From assembly GCA_012295275.1 (NCBI GenBank), contig CM022670.1:17112001-17176000 (forward strand): a stretch of DNA of 64,000 nucleotides, in the 5' to 3' direction. Positions 15,286 to 25,653 of this stretch are shown here, piece after piece; the first letter of the stretch is position 1; each line of letters begins with the position of its first letter. Origin of the DNA: Chrysomallon squamiferum. Its lineage: Eukaryota; Animalia; Mollusca. A program made the translations under genes and the position numbers. The notes under the pieces are model-generated. The model was not told the origin of the DNA. It did not search any database and saw only the letters and a list, made by a program, of their open reading frames with translations.

Positions 15286-17039
15286 TAAAACAAAAGTTAC
15301 TACGTTTCGCTGATGTTCCAATTTGTACACGTCAGTCAGACTAACTTTACGGTTATGTCTACAAACACAGAGACTACGACATCTACCAAAGTAAACACAG
15401 GAACCATCAATCAGGACAGCGTGCTCTTCTAACTGAAACTGACAGCGACACTTTGACAAAACAATCATAAAAATATCATTGCCTTAATTGTAATTTTTAT
15501 TTTATTTTATTACTTTGATGTGACAACATGGCGTTCATGTGTCATATACGTCCACCCCACACATACACATATATACAACCTGCCACTTGATTAAGCTGTA
15601 AGCTGATTGGATGACCTTTTGTTACCTGATTGGTTGGTGTGCTGGCCTGGGGTATTACACGCCTATGGATGTACAGTAATGCTATTAGCGAATTAGTACA
15701 ATGAAGTAAAGTGATAGCTCTGTGTGCTTTATGGATGTCTGATCTGACTGATTGCTGAAAACAAAAGGTTGTGGTAACAATGTAAACGATTTCTTTGTTG
15801 GCGGAAATTAAACGTACACAGTCTTTACTTACCACACGTATCTGGTTTCTTAATGAACAGCGCCGTTTTCGCTGGATTTTAATAACACTGTCACTCTCAG
15901 ATAATTATGCTGTAAAAATGAAATATCAGTAAAAAACCCCAAAAACAAGGTTTAACGAGATTTTTTTTATTTTAAAATCGTAATATTAACCGAAATGTGA
16001 ATCAAGGGGTAAGGATAGGGCTAGCTGTACTCCCAAATCTCAGGAAAATTAGTTTGCAAATTTTTGCCAAAGTAAGACGAAATTGATATTTGTATTTTTA
16101 CGTGTATAAAATTTTGGGTAAATCAGTACCTCTGTTCCTCTTTAATAAAAAAAAATCCCAGTATGTTTATGGATATTAATGCACTACGTTTAATAAATTA
16201 GAGTAAATGCTTTTAAATAAAAATTTATATTTTATTTATTTATTTTATTAATTTCTTCATAACTAGAAAACCTGTAAAAACAAATCACCAATACAGTAAA
16301 TAATTTTAGGCTTTGTTTATGAGTCGCATGTTTTTTTTAACATAACATAAACTAGAATTATATGTGTGTGTGTGTGTGTGCGCGTGCGTGTGCGTGCGTG
16401 TGTTGTGTTGTTTATATTTTGAAAGATGACAAGCCACCAACAAGAAGTGAATTTATCTGTTAAATAAAATTTACACTCTGTTTTTATCAATTGCAGATTA
16501 CATAATTATTATTGCTTGAAATTAATTGTTCCTGGTGTTTGAAAATATAAAAATTATAGACGATAATACACAGATGCATGATATTTTTATATGTGTGTTT
16601 TTTTTCTCTCTCTCTCTTGATATTACTGAAGAACCCTCTGTTACAAAATACACGTATTTATATACGTACACACATGAAATATATATATATATACACATGA
16701 AATATATATATATATATTATACACACACACATACAAATATTTCTATATTTCAAGAAAATATAATTATATATATGCATGTATTTGTGAATAAATATAAATA
16801 TACAGTTATATGTATGATACATATAACAAACTTTCATATTTCACATACAAGTAAATATATTTTGCTAAAATTAACAAGAAACTCCATCCTTTCGCTATTC
16901 TTTGTGACCTTTATTTGTCCACAGTCTGTTTAGAAATGTTTTCACCTGGTATCGGTCCAGCCCCTCTCATCCTTTCCGTCAGTCATACACGAGAGCGTTG
17001 CTTATCATTTCATTCCATTCCACTCACAGCCGTCCATCA

Positions 17040-17262
17040 CTCAGACGACGCGGGACTTTACAGCCAGTGGGCGTGACTTATCATCAAGTGGGCGTGTCTG
17101 AGAAGTAACTTTTTAACATTTTAGTGTCATGTCTTGTTACAGAGGAGTGAGTGTTTAATGCCAGGCGGATGGGTAAAGACTGTGATAGGATTTGGTATAT
17201 CTGGTTTGGTGTTTATTGCAGCATTGCAGGATTAGCTTAGCGTCTGAAGAGATCTACAAGAG
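17040..17262 (+). promoter_or_regulatory. Candidate promoter and non-coding first exon of gene A
   Basis: Two AGTGGGCGTG Sp/KLF-type boxes at 17066 and 17087, CpG-containing context, TTAGT Inr-like at 17121, donor AG|GTGAGT at 17263. Confidence 0.5.
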
Positions 17263-17524
17263 GTGAGTGCAGGACTAGTTTGATTAGCAAAGTAGGTAGA
17301 AAATCGGATTAGTGCATGTATTAATCAGTTGTCTGCGATCAAATCGTGTTTATAGATGTTTAAATTTTAAATGAAAGTGAAATTTTAAGTTAGAATTTTT
17401 ATTAGATTGTTTGTACTTTTTAAATAAAAGACAGTTGTTGTTACTGAAAAGGTAGAAAAAGGAGAAATTGTTTTGTAATTTATGGATATATTTATTTATA
17501 AAGGTTAGCATTTAACACCCACCC

Positions 17525-17559
<35 letters not shown>

Positions 17560-20500
17560 CACATACACACACAGTAATAATGATTGTTCAACAACAACAA
17601 GAACATGAACAAGAAGAAAAGTAATAATAATATTTATACTAGTAATAGTACACTGACTAGTATTCTATTATAACTTAGTTAGCTTTTTCATACTTCATTT
17701 TATCATGTTTTTCTTTCCATTCACACAAATGTCCTGTTTTTTTACCACTTCATAAAATTATCACTGTTTCATAAAGTTATATTTCTGTTCTCAATGGTGT
17801 AAATATATTTATTGCTCAGAGAAAGAAATTTATTTATAAAATTTTGTTTTAAATATATATATATATAATTTTTATATAGAAAAAGTAAATAAAAAGAAAA
17901 AATTCTGTTTTTAAAACATTAAGTTTGTTTTGATAAATTGATAAACACTATCAATTTCTTTTAACACCTAAAAGTTTTTAGTTTTTTTCTCTTATTCTTG
18001 TTACAAGCAATTGTGCTAAAGTTGAACTGAGTGCTTTGTTGTTTAAAAATAAACTTTTGTTTTGAAAAACAACAACAAAAAAACAGTAGTGTGATTGTTA
18101 TAGAGTTTCTAATTAACACTTCTGCAAATTGTCCGTAATGTAAACATAAACAAGTAAACAAACATGTTTACCAGACAAACAAGCTACTTATTCTGACATG
18201 TACAGTAAACATTGTGAAAACAGAAATTGAAAACCATTTGTTTGACAATTCTTAAAAAACCCAGTACAAACCAAATTAGAGAGAAAATATAGCTATTATG
18301 TATATTTTAATTACATTTCTGAATTATCTACTATAGTTCCTGCTATTTATCAATAGACTGATTGTTATTTCAAGATAGTGAAAATAATAAAAAGATAAAA
18401 GTATCTTTAATGAAATAAAACTAACCACAAATCTATTTTTATAATGTAATAAATAACTATATAGATGTGTGTGTGTGTGTGTGTGTTTAAAGAATTGATT
18501 TAATTTATAAATTGTTTATTCATTGAATCAACAAAATGAAAAAAGTGAGTAAGATTCAGTAAATAAAATATTGTTTCTTAGTAATATGAAATATAAGTCT
18601 GAATTTTTTTAAATATATTTTTTAATCTTTATTTCTCATTTCTTTTTTCTTTTCTTCAAGATTAAATAGACTTTCAGAAAAAAATATACAAACAAATTCT
18701 CCCTTAATAACCATTTTTAAATGTTAGCAATAAATAATTTAACCCACACATAAAAAAACAAAAAACCCATAAAAATTTTATAATTGCTTTTTAAACAATT
18801 TTTTTCAACCATTTTGTTTTGTTCTAGTTAGAATAATAATAAAAAATAATAATAATTATGTTGTGTATATAAATTATTTTTGACTAACACACAATATATG
18901 TATGAAAGTGAAACACAAACTTTAATAAATTAACAGAAACATTTTAAATAATTTTTAACTCTGGGAATTGAAACTTTTTTGAAGAAATTATATCACTGAA
19001 ACCAATATAAATTCAAGGAATTTAGAAATTATTAAACAAGTTAAAACAAAATCCTCAGTCTGTTAATAAAAAATTATATTATTTTTATTTATTTTTTTAT
19101 TTCTTAATAAGAGATTTAAAAATCAGAAATTAATTTAAAAATCAGTAGATTGAAGGATTTACTAAATTTCTTTTATTTATGGATGTTATGAATACAAAAT
19201 TAACAACTATTTAAAAAGAATTACATACATACATATATACACACACACACACACGTTTGTATGTATATATGTATGTGTATGTATATATATGTATGTATGT
19301 ATGTGTGTATGTTAATTTTGTATTCATAACAGGCATAAAATAAAATAAATTTAGCAAATCCTTCAATATATATATTAAAATTATTACAGACTATATTTAA
19401 AAATGTATATTAATGATACAATTTTTTCTCTATGTGAAAATATAAACTTTGTAATTATTTATAAAACTTATTTTATTAACACTAAAAGTGTTGAAAATCA
19501 GTAAAGTGTTCATTCATAATTAGATTCAGTGATGTGGAAAGTTCATCACTAATTTGTGATGGAAGTGAAAGGTTGATCAGTGAGGCAGCAAAGAGAACAC
19601 TGAACAGAGAAATCCAATCAGTTCTAATTAAATATTTGTCACATCCACTTTGTGCAGTCTGTTCAGACTGTTTCTGCCAGCTGAGTCCTTAAGAAAACAG
19701 CACCATGTGTTTTGATGTTATAAAACTGAAAACAAATTTAGTATCAGTTAATGTTTAATATTTATATAAATATTGCTTAAAAATGAGTGAATGATAAGTA
19801 AAATGAAAACCAGTTGTAAATATTACTATTTACAAAAATAATATAATAAAAATAATAATAATAAAATAATAGATATGTAATGATAATGATGATGATGATG
19901 ATGAAAATAATATGTTTGCATGTATGTATGTATATTAATGACAATGTTAATGATGATGATAATGACAATGACACTGATAATGATAATCTATGAAAAATAC
20001 TAATATTAATAATAAAAATAAAAGAATTAAGGAACTTCTAGTTTGAAAGTAAAAACTCAAAGAAGGTGTAAGATATTTCAAGACGAACGTGCTGACACTG
20101 TAACACAAAAATCACTGGTTCTCGCTGTCCACTTTTCTCATGTTAATGAGGTGGACAAAAGCTGAACATATGTCAGCTGAAAGGCAACCCCAGCCACACG
20201 GCAGTCCTCTCATTATCTCTTATTATAATATCTTCTTTCTGTGTCCACAAGAAACTCAACATGTCTTGGCCTCCGATGGACTGATACAGAAAAACCTCCG
20301 GTTTCTTCAGATTGGGCAAACCAGTAGAACACATGCTATCTGGATCTCTCAGCAGATTATCAGATTGTATCAGAGAGAACGGAGACTGGTAATATCAGAC
20401 TGCGTTATCACAGAGGTGAATTATGGGAAGATAGAGTTACGCACTTTTGGTTTCTTTCCTTCTTTTGTTCTGCAAGAGGAGCTGAAATCTTTAGCTGAAC

Positions 20501-23009
20501 AAAATGTTTTTGTCATTACTGTAACGTGTGACAGGTTTTAGTGTCTTCTCTCTCATGGTAGTTTTCTGATTCTGTGAAGTTAAGAGTGAAACACAAACCT
20601 GAACAACAGATCAAGAGTTAAGTTTTGAAAATCAGAATTTATAAAATAACGACTTTGTCTAAACAAATAACGTACCTTTTATGTTGTCGGATAGTGTTTA
20701 TTTAATACATTTTTAAAGTTATATTGATTTTTTATTTGTGTGTATTTTTTTAATAAATTTTAAAAGTGATATTGATTTTTTATTTCTGAGATGTATTAAT
20801 AGTTTTAACTTTGTTAGGCTTTTTTTTAAAGTTGCATTAGAAGATTTAACTCTGTCAGTATAGACTATTTTTTTTTTTTTTCTAATCTATATTAGGTTAA
20901 CCTCCATAAGAATATAATTTTTTTTTATTAGTAGTAGATTAATATTTTTTAGGTGTTTTTTTGTGTTAGCTGATTTAACTCTGTAAGACTATTTCTGATT
21001 TTGTATTTTTATTACAAGGTTTAATTCTATAACACTATTTTTATTTATTTATTTATTTATTTTTACTTGAAGAATGGATAACAAAATAATTTGTAAAGAA
21101 ACAATTTTTCTGCTTGGATACTCTCCTGGTCTTTTTTTATTTGTTTATTTTTTTTTAAAAAGTTTTCGTAAACCTGATAAAAGAGTGGTTCTTCTTCATG
21201 CTTCATTTAAGTGATGACAACAAAGTGGACACATTTATAGCTTGTTTGTATCAGCCTGTCTGAGAAAGGAGAGTGAAAAACTGAGACTAACCGACCAGTG
21301 ACATCCTGCCGAGTCTGGCTAATTGAATCCTTACTGTGGCCACTGACATTGTTCCCAATCCTGAAGGATAAAGTTCTCCTCCTGAAGGCATCATTTAAAA
21401 TATGCTCTGAGGTGATGTGTTGTATGGAGTAAGTGTCCTGTTAAATCTGTTATTCGAAACTGTCTTAACTGATTGGCTTCATAAACTTCCCTCTGCAAGA
21501 TGAACGTCACCTGGAGACATTTGTTTGGAAATCACTGGCTTTGATTTTTACAGTTCACTCTGACACTGAAGTGTTACTGGCTCAGCTTAAAACCTGATCA
21601 CCTAGAAAATGGCTTTTTAATCCATTCAAGTGAGAGTTTTAAATGACTTGCGTAAATTCTTGCTAAAACGAATTTTAGAAATCCTGTTATTATAAACACA
21701 TTTATTATCATCATCTTTATTAACTTTTTTTTTTAAATAAAAGATTTGGTAAAACAAATTTTAGAAATTCCTTAAAATATACATTTATTATTATCACCTT
21801 TTTAATATTTATTAAGAACAAATTAGAAATTTAAAAAAAAAAAAAATAAATAAATAGAAAAAATCACCCATAAAAAGTTCATTATTCTTGTTCACTGTCA
21901 TTCTTTAATTATGTTTCTCATCATTTGATTTTCACAGCAAAAGAAACTTTACAGAAAAAATATAAAAATCTTTAAAAGCTCAGTAACATCACTCTTACTT
22001 TACATAAATATATTACTATAAAATTTATAATCATAATTTCTGTGTCATCCAGAGACTGGTTTTGTAAGTAAAAGCGTACTAACACTTTGTCTGTTCATAA
22101 CATTATTTTGAAAGCTTTAATGTTAATATTATTCAAACATGAAAGCTTGAAGGGGACTGTGTGTGATATAATGATTAAACTCGACTGTTAACACTGCTCT
22201 CTGTGTACACAGAGTAACATTAGTGTCTGGGCTAGGACAAGGACAGGGGGGAGCTAAAATGAAAAGTAAATAAAGACTTTCCCCTCTAAGTCACAACTGT
22301 TTGCTAAGCCGGCAAAATGGCTTCTTAATATTTTACAAACATAACACCAAGATGGCTGTCAGCTTCTGGAATTGTGTTTGACTGACTCATTTATTTTCTC
22401 TCTCTCTCTGCCTGTCTAATATTTCACACTCACACACAGGTGGAAATAAGTCTGTTGTGTGAGCTTTATTAAAGGTATTTTTAATAAATTTTTTAGTATA
22501 TATCATAGAAAATAGTTTAGATTAAAAATATAAAGTTTAAAAAATTAAAAATAACTTTGTATTAAAGTCTAAAATGTTTTTATTGAAGTTATTTATAAGT
22601 TTACAAATTAGTATAGTATATTTACATCACAGAAAATAGTTTAGATTATAAATAAAAATTAAATAAAAAATAACATTGATTAATTATGCTGATGAATGTA
22701 AAATGTTTTTAATAGAAATATTTACAAGTTTTCAAATTTATGCAGAAAATAACTTAGATTATAAATAAAACAAAACTTAAATTGAAATATATCCTGCATT
22801 AAAGATACTCACAAATGCAAAACGTTTTTAATGGAAACAGTTTTTATGGAGATTTTAATAAGTTTACTAATTAGTATTACTGCGTATTTAAAATTTAAAC
22901 AAAAGTTGATATTAAGAATAAAATAGCAGATCTTAGAAAGAAGAAGCAGCAAGCTGATAACAAGTAAAGTCAACACAAGATGTTTACCTCTGTTGTTCTT
23001 TGTTTGCAG

Positions 23010-23349
23010 GTCTGCGAGCCAGTCGGACGTCACTAGAAGTGTCTTCTTCTTCATTCACTCAGCGACACTCGCTCTGAGAAGTGATGGTAAAACAGACATG
23101 TTGCTTAAACAAGTCACTGAGTCCACGGCCAGATATTTCAGATTCTGAACACATTTCAAGGGTTTGAAATCTCTAAGACCTTTCTTGTGTCAATACAAAC
23201 AGATGAACAGATACAGCATGTAGTGGTTTGTACCTAATGAGCTTTCTAATCTGAGAAAATGAATGTCAACAACTAAACTGAAAATTTAGCAGAGAAGTAA
23301 AACTACTACAGAAAACATCTTTAAGTTTTTATAATAACTTTCTGTGAAA
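23010..23349 (+). other. 5'UTR portion of gene A large exon
   Basis: Acceptor ctctgttgttctttgtttgcag| ending at 23009. Confidence 0.55.
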
Positions 23350-25653
23350 ATGGATTCAGTTCTGCTACTAGAATTTTTGACTTTGTTTGTCTTGGTAAGT
23401 GGAGAAGACGTCAGTTTGACTTATCACATATTGGAGGAACAGCCTGTGGGGACGTTTGTAGGAAATGTGGCCATAGACAGCAAACTGTACAGCACTTTCA
23501 GTCAGGATGAGCTTGACAACCTCAAGTATGCAATATTCACCCAGACAAACCACATTGCACAGAAGTTTTCTATTGACGAGACTAAAGGCACAATCAAAAC
23601 AGCAGAAGTCCTGGACAGAGAAAGAGAATGCGAGTCGGAAACCCAGTGCAGTCTGAGCTTTGATGTTGGTGTGTATTTCAAACATGCTCCATCAAATACA
23701 TACGACCTGAACAAAATCATTCGAGTACATAATATTCTAGAAGACATTAATGATAATGCGCCATATTTTCCTCAAAGTGAGGTGACTCTCAGTGTACCAG
23801 AGTCTGTGTCAGTTGGTCATGTGCTGCTGACCAGTGGTGCCATAGACCTGGACACAGGACTAAATAACTCAGTCCAGAATTACCAGCTTCAGCCAAACAA
23901 CAGTTTCTTCGATCTCAAGGTCATAGCTAACCCTGACGGCAGTTCTGATCTAGGCATTGTAGTCAAACATCTTCTTGACAGGGAAACTAAAGATTTTTTC
24001 CAGGTGACCATAATAGCCCATGATGGAGGAGATGACGCCAAGTCTGGCACTGTGACTATTAAGATAAAAGTGAGTGATGTGAATGACAACAGACCAGTGT
24101 TCACCAGTTCTGTGTTCAACATCACCGTCTCGGAAGATATTCCCATCAAAAAACAGATATTAAAATTTTCAGCATCAGATGCAGACATCGACTTGAATGG
24201 GAACATTTCTTTTCACTTTAGTTCAAGAACTTCAGACAAAGTGAAGAGTTTGTTCCAGATTAACGAGACTTCAGGAGGACTGTTCTGTGTGAAGAAGTTA
24301 GATTTTGAAGAAGATTCTAAATACCAGTTTCTTGTGGAGGTGAAGGACTTAGGCAGCCCATCTCTTTCCTCCCAGGCCTCTGTTACTATCAACATAGCTG
24401 ATGCCAATGACAATGCACCTCAGATCATTGTTTCTCTACCAAATATGAGAAGAGAGGTTTCAGAAGATGCTGCCTTGGAAACATTCATTGTCCATGTTTC
24501 AGTTTCTGATGCAGACAGTGGCAGAAATGGTGAAGTCTTGTGCAGTATTTCAGATGACCATTTTAAGCTGGTAAAATTCTCAGATTTTAACTATTATAAA
24601 GTTTTACTGCAGAAATATCTGGATTATGAAAAGCTGCATTTTCATAACATCACAATTGAGTGCCGGGACCAAGGTGTTAATCATCTAAGCAATTCTTCTC
24701 ACTTTGTTGTCCACGTTGTTGATGTAAATGACAATGCTCCTGTGTTCAGCAGTGACAGAACAGCTGGACAGATAGCTGAAAACAACAACGTAGGGGATGT
24801 GATCATGACTGTAGAAGCAGCTGATGCAGACAGTGAAGCAAACAGCCACATCGTCTATGAAATAGCTGATCAAAATGTTACAGAATTTTCTATAAATCAA
24901 CTTACAGGAGAAATCTCTGCTCTCACTGTGTTTGACTGTGAAGTTAAATCTTATTATGAGTTCGTTGTCAGGTCCAGGGATTCTGGATCACCACCTCTGA
25001 CATCAACTGCCACTGTCACAGTGACTGTCACTGATGAGAATGACAATCCACCCAAGTTTGTTGTGTCTCACTTCCACATGAGCGTCATTGAAAACCAGCC
25101 ATCTTACACTGTGATTGGAAAACTGAACGCCACAGACAGAGACTCGACTGACAGCTTCCACTTTTCATTCTTCAAATCTTCAGACATGATGAAGTATTTT
25201 ACTGTTGATTCTGTCACTGGCCTCATGAAGACCATCCAGATTCTGTCCAGCCGGGAACAGAGTGACTTTCATTTCAGTGTTGTTGTCTCGGACCCTGACA
25301 TCATTTCTTTCTATGACGTTGCTAATGTCACAGTCCATGTTGAACAGGACATCAACAAACCTCCAACAATAACCTTTCCTAACAACGACACAGTGTATGT
25401 CCGAGTTGACCAGTCCGTCGGCAGTGTGGTCACTGTGGTCAGAGCAGAGGATGATGACCAGTCCCCTACGGCCAGTCTAACATATACCATAGACCACGGA
25501 AACTACAACAACCTCTTTTTCATCAGTCTGACATCAGGGGAGGTGATTGTTGCAAAAGAGATGAGCTCAGACGATGTTGGAACATACAAACTGGTCATAG
25601 CAGTTCACGATGGCGGTGTTCCAGAACACACATCACGCCCGTGTTGTATGTAG
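23350..25653 (+). CDS. PCDH: Gene A large exon, first reading frame: signal peptide plus EC1-EC7
   Basis: 769-aa track ORF (first ATG at 23350) with seven cadherin repeats (PE/xE, LDRE/LDYE/LDFE, AxDxD, DxNDN motifs); ends at TAG 25651-25653 in the final strand of EC7. Confidence 0.95.
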   Translation: MDSVLLLEFLTLFVLVSGEDVSLTYHILEEQPVGTFVGNVAIDSKLYSTFSQDELDNLKYAIFTQTNHIAQKFSIDETKGTIKTAEVLDRERECESETQCSLSFDVGVYFKHAPSNTYDLNKIIRVHNILEDINDNAPYFPQSEVTLSVPESVSVGHVLLTSGAIDLDTGLNNSVQNYQLQPNNSFFDLKVIANPDGSSDLGIVVKHLLDRETKDFFQVTIIAHDGGDDAKSGTVTIKIKVSDVNDNRPVFTSSVFNITVSEDIPIKKQILKFSASDADIDLNGNISFHFSSRTSDKVKSLFQINETSGGLFCVKKLDFEEDSKYQFLVEVKDLGSPSLSSQASVTINIADANDNAPQIIVSLPNMRREVSEDAALETFIVHVSVSDADSGRNGEVLCSISDDHFKLVKFSDFNYYKVLLQKYLDYEKLHFHNITIECRDQGVNHLSNSSHFVVHVVDVNDNAPVFSSDRTAGQIAENNNVGDVIMTVEAADADSEANSHIVYEIADQNVTEFSINQLTGEISALTVFDCEVKSYYEFVVRSRDSGSPPLTSTATVTVTVTDENDNPPKFVVSHFHMSVIENQPSYTVIGKLNATDRDSTDSFHFSFFKSSDMMKYFTVDSVTGLMKTIQILSSREQSDFHFSVVVSDPDIISFYDVANVTVHVEQDINKPPTITFPNNDTVYVRVDQSVGSVVTVVRAEDDDQSPTASLTYTIDHGNYNNLFFISLTSGEVIVAKEMSSDDVGTYKLVIAVHDGGVPEHTSRPCCM

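Noticed and set aside
16005-16172. Possible decayed MITE (G-rich start, ...cccagtatgtttatg end)
   Set aside because: No verifiable terminal inverted repeats or target-site duplication.
20140-20541. 133-aa plus-strand ORF
   Set aside because: No recognisable motif or splice linkage; better explained as an intronic island.
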